A stretch of DNA of 64,000 nucleotides from Octopus sinensis (lineage: Eukaryota), in the NCBI RefSeq assembly GCF_006345805.1, contig NC_043018.1, positions 6,572,001-6,636,000 of the forward strand, given 5' to 3'. Numbering within the stretch: position 1 is the first letter of the stretch; the number at the start of each line of letters is the position of its first letter. Shown piece after piece: positions 25,210 to 39,790 of the stretch. Made by a program: the position numbers and the translations under genes. The notes under the pieces were generated by a model. It did no database searches. It was not told the DNA's origin and saw only the letters and a list, made by a program, of their open reading frames with translations.

Positions 25210-25500
25210 CCATCATCATACTCATCATCATGAGCAATCATCATTATACTTCTTATCATCATCATCATCAGCATCATCCCTGTAAGCAGGTTTCCCCCAC
25301 ACCACAACCCCCACATCCCAGTCCTTATCATCATCATCACCATCACCATCAGATATCAGTAGCAGTTTTTGGCATCACAACCTTATCATCCCTATCGTCA
25401 TCATTATCACACCTTTATCATCATCTGTCATCAATAATTGCATCACCTTCATTCTCATCATTATCACCATCATCATCATCATCATCCTCATCTCGACCAC
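24900..25500. repeat. (CAT)n-rich low-complexity block with an internal ~101-bp duplication
   Basis: gcagcagcatcactattcatcttcattatcattgtc occurs at ~25016 and ~25117. Confidence 0.9.
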
Positions 25501-25570
25501 CAACATTATAGTTGCAGTCGTAGAAAAATAAAATAATGCATATACATACATATATATACAAACATGTGTG

Positions 25571-25617
<47 letters not shown>

Positions 25618-25639
25618 ACGTGCTCAGGAAAAAGGAAAG

Positions 25640-25832
25640 AAAGTTGTCGGAGCACTGCATCCTTCAAAACTTCCATGCTTCCTGAGATTCGCCAACACTA
25701 CACCTGATTCTCTCCCCTCCATACACACGCAATATGACTCATACATTGTTCGTTTTCCAGACATTTGTATATTACTGCATATATTTTATACGCAATTTCT
25801 AACAAGTTGTGGCGCACCTGAGCACTGTATAC
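25640..25832 (+). repeat. Interspersed repeat family G, copy 1
   Basis: agttgtcggagcactgcatccttcaaaac...cctgagcactgtatac recurs at ~63688-63885. Confidence 0.8.
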
Positions 25833-26093
25833 ATCATCATCATAATCATCATCATCGTTTGGCATCCGTTTTCCATGCTAGCATGGGTTGGACGGTTCAA
25901 CTGGGGCCTGGGAAACCAGAAGGCTGCACCAGGCCCAGTCTGATCTGGCAATGACTGGGCCTAGTGCAGCCTTCTGGCTTCCCAGACCCCAGTTGAACCG
26001 TCCAACCCATGCTAGCATGGAAAGCGGATGTTAAACGATGATGATGATGATGATGTATACAGTGCTCAGGTGCCCCACAATTTGTCAGAAAAT
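25795..26093. repeat. Fold-back inversion, ~145-bp arms, 12-nt loop
   Basis: Left arm 25795-25940 is the reverse complement of 25953-26093 and includes the junction between families G and B. Confidence 0.9.
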
Positions 26094-26489
26094 AGTTTCA
26101 TCATTATTTTATTTTTTTTATATTTAATCCATAATATAGAATTGCACCAACTGAAAACAAAATGGGGTCATAATATGACAGACTCAGAAAAAAACCTTTC
26201 ACAGCCCCAGCCTCACGGATGGCCTGGCATGTGACTGAATCCAGCAAAATGTAAGAACAACAATGAAAATAACACCAACCTTTGGATCGTCGGATCAGTC
26301 TCTGAAAGGAAATATTCCTGAAGAAGGGTGGCAGCTTCTGGAAATTTCTCACTCAGTGAGGCAAGAGTGCGGCAGGCTTGAGCACGGACTGTGTGGTGGC
26401 TAACATCATGTCTAGCAGATAGGAGGCAAGCTTTCACTGGTTCATTCCAGACACCTATATGACTGAGAGCTGTAAAGAGATCAAGAGAT

Positions 26490-26539
26490 TATGATGATGA
26501 TGATGATGATGATGATAATAATAATAATAATAATAATAA

Positions 26540-26570
<31 letters not shown>

Positions 26571-26660
26571 AGAAGAAGAAGAAGAAGAAGAAGAAGAAGA
26601 AGAAGAGAAGAAGAAGAAGAAGAAGAAGAAGAAGAAGAAGAAGAAAAAAATATAATAATA
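26490..26660. repeat. (GAT)n-(AAT)n-(AAG)n microsatellite
   Basis: Direct inspection. Confidence 0.95.
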
Positions 26661-26819
26661 ATGTTTATATTGACACACTTTGAAGATGAAAAGTAGCAGG
26701 ACATATTCTTTAACTACCAGAACAATGCTATTCTAAAGAATAACCAAGGTAATAATTAGAAATCAGTGCAGGAAAATTCCTAACTAAAAATATGCCTGGC
26801 TCAGATGGGGTTTAGGGAT

Positions 26820-28390
26820 TTTGGCTTAAAAACTTGACAGCTCTGCACTGGAGGGGTATAGAATTGCCAAATGGTGAGAGAATGGAAGAACTGGATGATG
26901 ATGGATACAAATACCTTGAGATAATGGCGCTGGACAATATCTTGCACAGAGAAATGAAACATATTTGAGGTGCCCCAAACTTCTCTTGAAATCAAAACTC
27001 AACTCAAGGAACCTCATGACTGCCGTCAACATACGGGCTGATGCTGTAATCAGCTGTGGTGCACCCATCCTGAAATGGACATGAGTGGGGATTAACCAAC
27101 TCAATTGCACTACCTGAAAGATAATGACAATCCATGGTGCCCTCCACCCCTAAGTTGAACATATACAGGCTCTACAGGAAGAAGTGTAAGGGTGGACATG
27201 GGCTGATTTGCATATGGGAGTGTAACAACAGTCAAAGAAGAAAGATGGCAGAGTATTTGGTAAGCAGCAAACAAAACCTGCTACAGTATGCTGCTAATGC
27301 AGAAGGATTTGCCAAAAATGGTCTTTAGAGTGCTAGTGAATTCCTAACACAAATAGCCAATGAGAGAAAAGAAACTCCACATGGAATTACATGGTCAGTT
27401 CCACCATGAAACTAACAACTTAACCACTTTTTACTGTATTTATTTTGAGATGCTCTCTATTTCTTTCAATTGCTTGAAATATAAACAAAGAATTTAGTGA
27501 AATAACTTAGTTATCATTCGGCTAGTGTTAGGAACATAAATTGTGGCTAAGCTTTGGTAGAGAATTTTAATTCAAAACTTATGAAAGCAAGACATTTGTA
27601 TTCAGAGTCAGAGCCAGTTTCAACCGGGTTGGTAATGAAAGGGTTAAAAGACCAGGAAGCATCATGGAGGTGGTTCAGCAAGGGTAAGCCTAATCATCGC
27701 TGCCTAGGATCAGGCATTGAACACCAACGCAGTGAAAGGGGATATATAACACACAAGTGCAATGAACCTCTGAAGATTGTGTGGGAAGAGGGTTGAAAGC
27801 GTAACCCACATTGTTAGTGCTTGTGTAAGTCTTGCACAGAAAGTGTACAAGTGCGGACATGAGAAGGTAGTCCAAGGCCTTCGCTGGTTACTATGCTGGA
27901 AGTATGGATATGAGGTAATGGGTGCTCAATACCAACATACACTGGAAAAGGTAATGGATGAAAAGGGGAAGGCAAAAGTCCTCTTGGACTTTGACTTCCA
28001 AACAGACAAGGTGTTAGAGCACCAAGGCCGGATATATAGTAGGGACAAACAAGAGTGCCAGGAGATCAACATATTATCATGAAAGAAAGTAAAAGATCAA
28101 TAAATATGGAGACCTGAGAATTGAGGTCACCAAGATGTGGCCGCTACGAGAGTCAAACATAAAGGTTGTCCCTGTTGTTATCAGAGCATTGGGTTCAATA
28201 CCACCCAACCTGAAGAGACATCTGGCAACTTTAGAAATACCTTACATTCTAAGTGTTTTGCAAAAATTGGCATTATTTGGAACTGCACCCATATTACATA
28301 AGGTACTGTCTGTCTGAGGTCCTTGTTGTGACTTTGCAAACAGTGCAACCCCACTACCGGTAGACACAAAATCTTCAATCAACAACATCA
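26820..28390 (+). pseudogene. R4/Dong-like non-LTR retrotransposon, 5'-truncated and decayed: RT C-terminus, CCHC finger, restriction-like endonuclease
   Basis: GIELPNGERMEELDDDGYKYLEI; LKSKLNSRNLMTAVN; RLYRKKCKGGHGL; CGKRVESVTHIVSAC...HEKV; VLLDFDFQTDKVLEH; KVVPVVIRALG...LQKLALFGTAPILHKVL. An (AAT)n tail follows. Confidence 0.9.
27420..27647 (-). mobile_element. MITE family M2, copy 2, inserted in the LINE
   Basis: ttaaccacttt ... gaaagggttaa ends; homologous to 16181-16403. Confidence 0.8.
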
Positions 28391-28504
28391 TGATATTGGA
28401 TGCTATGTGACATTTTAAATAATCATAATAATAAAATAATGAGAAGAACAACAACGACAACAACAACAATAATATTAATTATTATTGTTATTACGATGAT
28501 GATG

Positions 28505-28571
<67 letters not shown>

Positions 28572-28857
28572 CAATAATAATTGTTGGTCTTTACCACAAT
28601 GGTTAAACGAGATATAGATTAGCTATAATGAAAGTTTAACGAGGATGTTTACAAATATGTGAGGTGGTAGGACAGGTGATTTATACAAAACTAAAGGGTG
28701 GGGTAAGGTGAAAGATGTTATACAATATATAAATGTACAAATTAAGATTTCAAATCTTAAATATTTGCTGGAAAATGAAAATGAAAAAAAGTATGATAAA
28801 ACACACAATTGTTAAAACGAGACGTAATTGAAAAGTGAAGCAAAATATGAAAATATT

Positions 28858-29395
28858 ATGGGTGCAGAAATGGCTGTGTGGTTAAGCAGCTCATTTTGCT
28901 ACCATGTGGTTGACCCAATATGTATTTATATGTGTGTGTCATGGTGTATGTGTTTGTCCCCACCCATTACCATTTGAAAACCGGTGTTGGTCTGTTTACA
29001 TCCCTGTAACTTAGCAGTTCAGCAAAAGAGACTGATAGAGTAAGTATTAGGCTTAAGAAATAAATCCTGAGGTCAATTTGTTCAACTAAAGCCTCTCAAG
29101 GCAGTGCTCCAGCATGGCCGCAGTCAAATGACTGAAACATTGTCATCATCATCATTTAGCGTCTGCTTTCCATGCTAGCATGGGTTGGACGGTTCAACTG
29201 GGGTCTGGGAAGCCAGAAGGCTGCGCCAGGCCCAGTCTGATCTGGCAATATTTCTATGGCTGGATGCCCTTCCTAATGCCAACCACTCCGTGAGTGTAAT
29301 GGGTGCTTTTTACGTGCCACCAGCACAGGTGCCAGGCGGGGCTGGCAAACAGCCACGGTCGAATGGTGCTTTTTACATGCCACCAGCACGGGTAA
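28858..29395. mobile_element. SINE A (+, internally deleted) abutting family B (-)
   Basis: A head ggtgcagaaatggctgtgtgg and A tail caaatgactgaaac; B begins catcatcatttagcgtc. Confidence 0.8.
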
Positions 29396-29825
29396 AAGAA
29401 ACATGTAAAAGAATAAAAGAATAAATAAAGGATAAAAGCTAAAAGAAGTGAATATGCCTAATTACTTTCTTCCGACAGAAAAATAACCATTTTTACCATC
29501 CTTCATTATTAAATGGCTAATTATCAGGGAATAAGAAAATCTCATTTTTATGCTGATAAAGTGAACATATAGTAATCCCTATTTAAATCAAACACAAACA
29601 CCTAAGTTCTGGCTTATGTTTGATTTAAATAGTGATTACTATAAGTTCTCTTCATGGGCAGAATATTTAAGGGTGCTAATCACCTAATGAGTCACCAGTT
29701 AACTCTGAAACAGTGGGATAAATTCCTTTACTTCTTTGTTTTATGAGATGAAGAAAGTATGAAAATATATTTACATTAGTTTACTTTTTATTATAAAGCC
29801 ATAAAGGAAACTTGTTCAGCTACAT

Positions 29826-30372
29826 AAACCTTTTAGAATTTAGTCCAGTCATATCCAGCCAAAGATATTCTACCTGTTTATGCTTAACTGACCAGATCCG
29901 GCCTCTCGCACCAACCCTACAACATTGTTCTAAAAGTTAACAGTTAACTCGTCAAAATCTCAAAGCGATGAGATAATGCATGATTAATTCAAAACAATGT
30001 GGATAAATTAGCATTACATTTGACAGAGAAATTTGAATGCTAAAAGGTTAGAATAGGAGGCTAGTATTATTGAACTAAAGCAGTCTTAGGTGGGTTGGTA
30101 GCCCAGGGGTTAATAAAAAGAATAGAAATTCATACAAAAAAAAAATATGAGTCAACCCTTTAGTATTTAAATTGGTCATATCCAGCCCAAATATTCTACC
30201 TGTTTTATATTCAAACTGGCCAGATCCTGCCTCTCACACCTACCCTACAATATCATTTTGAAAATATACAATCACCTTATCGAAATCTCAAAGCTACAAC
30301 ATGATAAATAATTAGTTAAAAACTAATGAATGAATATTGCATTTGACAGAGTAATCTGAATGCTAAAGGGTT
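29826..30372. mobile_element. Two tandem MITE M1 copies (29826-30050, 30153-30372)
   Basis: aaccctttag...tgaatgctaaagggtt ends; mutually homologous. Confidence 0.8.
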
Positions 30373-30504
30373 CATGAAGTTGAAAGTTGGGGGCAGGGAC
30401 TAAATTCATTAATATCTGATGGGGTGTGATGGAGCCTGATGTTTCCAGGTTAAGCCTCACTACTTTAGATAATCTTGTGGCATCCAACATTCTAATTTCT
30501 TTAT

Positions 30505-30890
30505 TGCCCACAAGGGGCTAAACATAGAGGGGACAAAGAAAGACAGACAAAAGGTTTAAGTTGATTACATCGACCTTAGTGCATAACTTGTATTTAATTT
30601 ATCGACCCCAAAAGGATGAAAGGCAAAGTCGACCTCAGCGGAATTTGAACTGGGAACGTAATGGCAGACACAGAGGGGCTAAACACAGAGGGGACAAACA
30701 AGGACAGACAAAGGGATTAAGTCAATTACATCGACCCCATTGCGTAACTGGTACTTATTTAATCAACCCCGAAAGGATGAAATGCAAAGTCGACCTCGGC
30801 AGAATTTGAACTCAGAACGTAACAGCAGACGAAATACCGCCAAGCATTTCGTCCGGCATCCTAACGTTTCTGCCAGCTCGCTGCCTTAAC
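30505..30890 (-). mobile_element. tRNA-derived SINE family D with duplicated 3' half
   Basis: ggggctaaaca..gtcgacctc..gaatttgaact occurs twice; head gcagcgagctggcagaaacgttag on the minus strand. Confidence 0.85.
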
Positions 30891-30955
30891 ATTCTACCAC
30901 TTATAGTACCTTGAAAATTTTTACAACTAAGAATCTAGTTCTCTTCCAATCATTT

Positions 30956-31141
30956 TTAACCCTTTAGCATTTAAACCAAGGTGCAGGAGTGGCTGTGTGG
31001 TAAGTCACTTGCTTACCAACCACATGGTTCTGGGTTCAGTCTCACTGCGTGACACCTTGGGCAAGTGTCTTCTACTATAGCCTCGGGCTAACCAAAGTTT
31101 TGTGAGTGGATTTGGTAGACGGAAACTGAAAGAAGCCCGTC

Positions 31142-31197
<56 letters not shown>

Positions 31198-31570
31198 TTG
31201 TTTCTGTGTTTGCTCCTCCCCCCAACAACAACGCTTGACAACCGATGCTGGTGTGTTTACGTCCCCGTAACATAGTGGTTCGGCAAAAAAGACCGATAGA
31301 ATAAGTACTAGGCTTCCAAAGAATAAGTCCTGGGGTCGGTATGGCTGCAGTCAAATGACTGAAACAAGTAAAAGATTAAAAGAGTAAAGAGTATATGCAG
31401 CACAAATATTCTACCTGTTTAATGTTCAGACAAGCCAGATCTGGACTCTCAGACCTATCCTACAATGTCATTCTAAAAGCAAATAATAACATCATTGAAA
31501 CCTCAAAGCTACAAGATAATGCACAATGAATTCAAAACAATGTGACTTAATAAGCATTACATTTGACAGA
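30956..31570. mobile_element. MITE M1 split by a SINE A insertion (30980-31392, +)
   Basis: ttaaccctttagcattt precedes the SINE; the M1 body resumes at cagcacaaatattctacctg. Confidence 0.8.
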
Positions 31571-33095
31571 ACAGATAAATTCATTTAAATAGTCTAATAT
31601 GCATCATGTTCTACATAAAGTATTATTTATTAACACTGCCAAGAACTTCACATTATGCAAATTAGTTTGGTCATTACTGTGAAGTTCCGGCTTGTGTACA
31701 ATTTAAATAGTGATTACAGTTAATACGCATATACACACATAACACTATGTATATATACGTATGTGTATATGTGTGTGTAAATGCATCTGCATATATATGT
31801 ATGTGTGTGTGTGTGTGTATTTATGTATGTAGACACACATATGCATGTATATTATTATGAATTTTTATATTATTTCGCTGCAAACTTAGCTAAATAACTC
31901 AAAGGGTAAGAGTTCCAACAGTTCAATGCCTCACACTTATTAAACTAAATTAGAAATAATAAAGCCACCCTGGAAGCTTTGATCAAAACTTTTATTGGAG
32001 TGTCACGTAATAAGCAATGATTTTCAAAAAATATCGAGAGGAGGTAAAGAAATGCGTAAAATGAAATATTATAAAAATCAAACAACATAAACACACACAA
32101 AAACATATGCACAAATGCAGAATAAAAATACATATACACACACTCACATACAGATACAAAAAAAAATATTACATATATATATATGTATGTATATATATAT
32201 ATGTGTGTACATATATGTATATATACATTTATGCATTTTATAATAGAATGCACATATGCATCTGTATGGACATATGTATGTGTGTCCATTCATACACATG
32301 CACACTCACATACATACATGTGTGTATGCCTGCATATGTATATGCACACCTATGGATGCCAATATACAAACGTGTGCATGTATATATGTATGTACATATA
32401 AACACACATACACATGTGTGTGTGTATATATATATAGATATAGATATATATATATATATATACACACACACATATATATATATATACTTTACACACACAA
32501 ATTCATGTTCATATATAGATGCATACGTAAACATCTACAAGCACACAATCATATTTACACATAAGGATATACATAAGGATATATATATACTTACACATAC
32601 ACACACACACATGTATTTATCGAAAAACGTATACTCACATACAGGCACATTTTCATACAATCATGTATAAAAAGATATATACAAAATAGGAAATACATAC
32701 ATATATATAAATATATACATATAGATATATATATATATACATGAGAGAGGGTTGGAGTGCAGGGGAGGGCTGTATGATCATTAGCTGTAGAACAAAAATA
32801 AATATAAGGTAAAAAAATAAAGTAACAATATAACTTAGTTCTTATATATACATGTATGTGTATACACACACACACAGATATGTATGATTTACTGAGGAAA
32901 AATTCTAAATCCGCCATCAGAACACTTATGGATATATATATATGTATGTATATATTTACATGTGTTTGTGTGTGTGTATATATAAATGAATTATTTTATT
33001 TGCCTATTTAAATGTGTTAGTGAATCAATTTCATTGATCCTCAGTATGTACGTCCATCAGAATATAACACAAATATATTTAGAAATATATACATA

Positions 33096-33530
33096 AGCAC
33101 AGGAGTGGCTGTGTGGTAAGTAGCTTGCTTACCAAACACATGGTTCCGGGTTCAGTCCCACTGCATGGCATCTTGGGCAAGTGTCTTCTGCTATAGCCCC
33201 GGGCTGACCAATGCCTTGTGAATATGTTTGGTAGATGGAAACTGAAAGAAGCCTGTCGTATATATGTATATATATATATGTATGTGTGTGTATGTATATA
33301 TATGTATGTGTGTGTATGTGTTTGTGTGTCTGTGTTTGTCCCCCTAGCATTGCTTGACAACCGATGCTGGTGTGTTTACGTCCCCGTCACTTAGTGGTTC
33401 TGCAAAAGAGACCGATAGGATAAATACTGGGCTTACAAAGAATAAGTCCCGGGGTCGAATTGCTCGACTAAAGGCAGTGCTCCAGCATGGCCGCAGTCAA
33501 ATGACTGAAACAAGTAAAAGAGTAAAAGAG
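33096..33530 (+). mobile_element. SINE family A, full length
   Basis: Collinear with 45694-46110. Confidence 0.9.
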
Positions 33531-33954
33531 TATATACATATCTATTAGTAAAGGATGTACAAGTGCAAAGCACACACAAGCCATATACATGCACATGGAC
33601 ACACTCATTTATGTTCAGTTAAATATATATATTTCTTCATATATGTGTGTGTGTGTGAGTGGATTTGGTGGACGGAAACTGAAAGAAGCCCATCATTCTT
33701 TTATTTGTTTCAGTCATTTGACTGTGGCCATGCTGGAGCTCTGCTTTTAGTTGAACAAATCGATGCTAGGAATTATTTTTGTAAACCTGGTACTTATTCT
33801 ATTGGTCTCGTTTGCCAAACTGCTAGGTTACAGGGACATAAACATACCAACAGCAGTTGTCAAGAGATGGTGGGGGACAAACACAGACACACAAAACATA
33901 CACACACACACACATATATTTATGATGGGCTTCTTATATATGTTTGTGTGTGTG

Positions 33955-34270
33955 TGAGGGCACATGACTCAGTGGTTAGAGCATCAGGCTGGTAAACATG
34001 AGGTAGTGAGTTCGATTCCTGGACTGGGCTGTGTTTTGTGTGCTTGAGCAAGACATTTTATTTCACATTGCTCCAGTTAATTCAGTAGAATTACTCCAAT
34101 AGAAATGAGCTATGATGTCACTTGTGTCAAACTGTATCAGCTTTTTGCTTTTCCCTTGGATAACATCGGTGGTGTGGAGAGGAGAGGGTGGTGTGCATAG
34201 GTGACAGCTAGTCCTCCACAAACAACCTTGCCTGGACTTGTGCCTTGGAGGGGAACTTTCTAGGAGCAAT
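33955..34270 (+). mobile_element. SINE family C
   Basis: Head with gttcgattcc B box and ttgagcaagaca core. Confidence 0.75.
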
Positions 34271-34842
34271 TCCATAGTCATTCATGACCAAAGGGGGTCA
34301 TTCTTGAGCAAAGCACTTCATTTCATGTTGCTCCAATCCACTCAGCTGGCAAAAATGAGTAATACTGTGAGGGACTAGCATCTTATCCAGGTGGGGAATA
34401 TATAGGCCATGGAAACTGGGAAGCTGGCCCTTATGAGTTGGCATGCGTTAAGATTGCTGTAGTCTAATGACTGAAACAAGTAAAAGATGAAAGAAAGATC
34501 TCTCATAATCATCTAATAGATTTGAGGGTATGTTCTCACCATGCTTTTGTCTCTCCTTCTATCTTTCCACCTGGGGAAGTCATGGAGTTATCTCTTCAGC
34601 AAAGCACTTGTTCCTGTTCTTCTATCATACTTTCACATACTTCAATATGATGCTGGTGCCATGGGAAAAGAACCCAGCACACTTTGAAAGGTGGTTTGGC
34701 ATTTAGGAAGTGTATCCAGCTGTAGAAACCATGCCAACCAAACACTGGGCCTGAATGCAGCCTTCTGGCCAGTTGGTTCCTGTTGAATCATCCAACTGAT
34801 TCCAGTATGGAAAAAGGGTTATTAAAAGATTGATACAGAAAT

Positions 34843-35282
34843 TACTCTTTACTCTTTTACTTGTTTCAGTCATTTAACTGTGGCCATGCTGGAGCACCGC
34901 CTTTAGTCAAGCAAATCAACCCCAGGACTTATTCTTTATAAGCCTAGTACTTATTATATCACTCTCTTTTGCTGAACCGCTAAGTTACGGGGACATAGAC
35001 ACACCAGCATCGGTTGTCAAGCGATGTTGGCAGGGACAAATACAGACACACAAACATACACAAACACACAAACACACACACACACACACACACATACATT
35101 TATACATACATATATACAACGGGCTTCTTTCAGTTTCCATCTACCAAATCCACTCACAAGGCTTTGGTCGGCCTGAGGCTAGAGTAGAAGACACTTGCCC
35201 AAGGTGCCACGCAGTGGGACTGAACCTGGAACCATGTGGTTGGTAAGCAAGCTACTTACCACAAAGCCGCTTCTATGCCTAT
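34843..35282 (-). mobile_element. SINE family A, full length
   Basis: Collinear with family A. Confidence 0.9.
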
Positions 35283-35729
35283 ATAAAAAAAAACATATAT
35301 ATACATATATGTTAAACAAGACTCATATAAAAACCTTGTAGTATGCTATGCAAAGCTCTTCCACAGGTATTGGCTACCAGATATCATCATATAGTGGAAA
35401 TCTTCTTATTACTGGATATATATCAGGAATTCCATAGTATCGGTAGAGTTTTTATAAATAGATAACTGATAGAAAATGGAGTGAGCGATATTTTTATCTA
35501 AAATCATTACAATTCTTTCAAAAATTTTTTTTCCACCTTTATTACACTAACGAGTTGTTGTATCATCATTAATATCCATCCAAGGTATTTAAAGTTCTTA
35601 TCTGGGTTTAGTTATATTTATGGGTTTAGTTCTGTCTGTAAACTGCTGAAAATGTCACTCTACTTTGGGTATGTATTCACACACTAAGTGAAATGATGGT
35701 AGGATTTAGCGAAGGACTTATGTAAACCA

Positions 35730-35825
35730 TCACCTGAAGAAGTGCATTTTACACTTCAGATGGATGATATTGACTACATAATATCTCACTACAGGTGTAA
35801 AAATGCATCGAAACAATTGTAGTGA
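35730..35825 (+). ncRNA. Type-I hammerhead ribozyme candidate, intact core, extended stem II, palindromic stem III
   Basis: tcac-CTGAAGA-a-gtgcattttacac(40 nt)gtgtaaaaatgcat-c-GAAA-caattGTA-gtga. Confidence 0.65.
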
Positions 35826-36439
35826 ATTTTCTATCATTTATCTATACATATGTATATATTTTGTATGCTTTATTGTGGTATATATGTGTATGCTGTTAAA
35901 TTTCACTGTATTGTAATCCATTTATCCTATCTTTTACTCAATACATATTTAATCAAAGATGCCATAAGAATTTCCGTTCTTCTCTTCATAATAACAAGAT
36001 GTACGACTTACAAGTTAGTTTGATTAAGTGCAAGGCACAAAACTTTCGGCCCTTTATTCAGTCATTCATTTATATAAATTCGCTGTTGAGTAAAAAAAAA
36101 TACATCTTGAATATGTTTCCGCATTTTTCTCGCTTGATCATCCATCAAATGTGTGTGCATGTATATAGGTATATATATACACACACACACACACATGCAT
36201 ATATATACATATTTAGATACATATGTATAAATCTATATCTATATACAAATATATATGTATATGTCACTCTTTCTCTTTCTATATAAATACGCATAACACA
36301 CATATATATGCATACATATACCTATATAAATACATAAGTATAAATGCTTAAATCTATATCTATCTACCTATCAATCAATATATCTATCTTCCTTTCACTC
36401 TCTCTTTGTCTTTCTCTCTCTCTCTATCTCTCCCTATCT

Positions 36440-38300
<1,861 letters not shown>

Positions 38301-38621
38301 TGTGTGTGGCTTTTTTGTAATTTCTTTTTCACTCAATTTTAAAATTTCTTTCCATAAACTAAAAGTTGACTTGTAAGAATTTTGCAAGACTGAGGTAAAA
38401 AACAGATTAAAATCAGAAAAAAAGAAAATACATTCTAAATTTTTGAATAGTCTCACAATTTTGACACTTTTCCATTTAGAGATATAGCAGGCCTGATATG
38501 TTAGATAGTGTAGGCCACAATACACAACTCTTAGAATACAGAAAGATGTGATGGTCACTGTTGGAATGTCTTAGATCTTAGTTCCATTCAGGGAAATCAA
38601 CAACAGCCACTACAATATTCA

Positions 38622-39447
38622 GATCTTTTCGGTTTGAACGGCAGTTTTTAAAAATAATTTCCACGTAACTAAACACTTTTAAACTTCGTATACTCTCTTT
38701 TTTACTCTTTTACTTGTTTCAGTCATTTGACTGCGGCCATGCTGGAGCACCGCCTTTAGTCGAGCAACTCGACCCCAGGACTTATTCTTTGTAAGCCCAG
38801 TACTTATTCCATCGGTCTCTTTTGCCGAACCGCTAAGTGACGGGGACATAAACACACCACCATCGGTTGTCAAGCGATGTTGAGGGGACAAACACACACA
38901 CACATATATATATATATGCATATATATGACGGGCTTCTTTCAGTTTCTATCTACCAAATCCACTCACAAGGCTTTAGTTGGCCCGAGGCTATAATAGAAG
39001 ACACTTGCCCAAGGTGCCACGCAGTGGGACTGAACCCGGAACCATGTAGTTGGTAAACAAGCTACTTACCACACAGCCACTCCTGCGCCTATAGTAGAAT
39101 GTGTTTATAAAACATCTTTTTCTCTTGGCTTTATTGAGAAAATTCTATAGTTTGTAAGATATTTGTTGTTTTTTTTCCTTCAATTTCTGCAATTTCAACC
39201 AATCAATGACGTCTATTGAAGTAAAAAAACATTTTGTGCCGTATGAATATGTCCCTCGTTTAAGAAACAGATAGGGTTTATTTACATTTGTGAAGAAAAA
39301 AAGATACCCTTCCCCCCACCCCTAACCGTATCTAACCCTAACCCTAAAAGAGATTAAAATGTAATAGATCGATACTAGGGTCATAATTATGGGTGACAAT
39401 TTCATATGACACCGCTAGAAAAAACTGCCGCTCAAACCGAAAAGATC
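38622..39447. mobile_element. MITE with 28-bp TIRs, interrupted by SINE A (38694-39092, -)
   Basis: gatcttttcggtttgaacggcagttttt versus aaaaactgccgctcaaaccgaaaagatc (1 mismatch); internal cctaaccgtatctaaccctaacccta. Confidence 0.85.
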
Positions 39448-39559
39448 CCAATATTCTTACAGGAAAAATGATTATATAAAGTGTGAAGTGTTATCAACTA
39501 AATGATGGCATGGTATATCTAGGGATCTAGATGTGTAAGGATCCCTCATGAACTTGTCA

Positions 39560-39790
39560 CCAGCTGCCATCATCATCTTCATTGTTTGTTTTCCATGCTG
39601 GCATGGGTGGATGATTCGACAGGAGCTGGCAAGCAAGAGGATTGCGCCAGGCTCCAATGTCTGCCTAGGCATGGTTTCTAGCCCCTGGGTGCCCTTCCTA
39701 ACACCCAACACTTTAGAGAGTGATCTGGGTGCTTTTTTTATGTGGCACTTTCACCAGAGGGGCTACTAAGTAACTTGCAAGACAAAACCC
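39560..39790 (-). mobile_element. Family B, diverged
   Basis: ttccatgctggcatgggt...gtgcccttcctaacacc. Confidence 0.7.

Noticed and set aside
39318-39348. Interstitial telomere
   Set aside because: Only about four degenerate CCCTAA units, and they are internal to a MITE.
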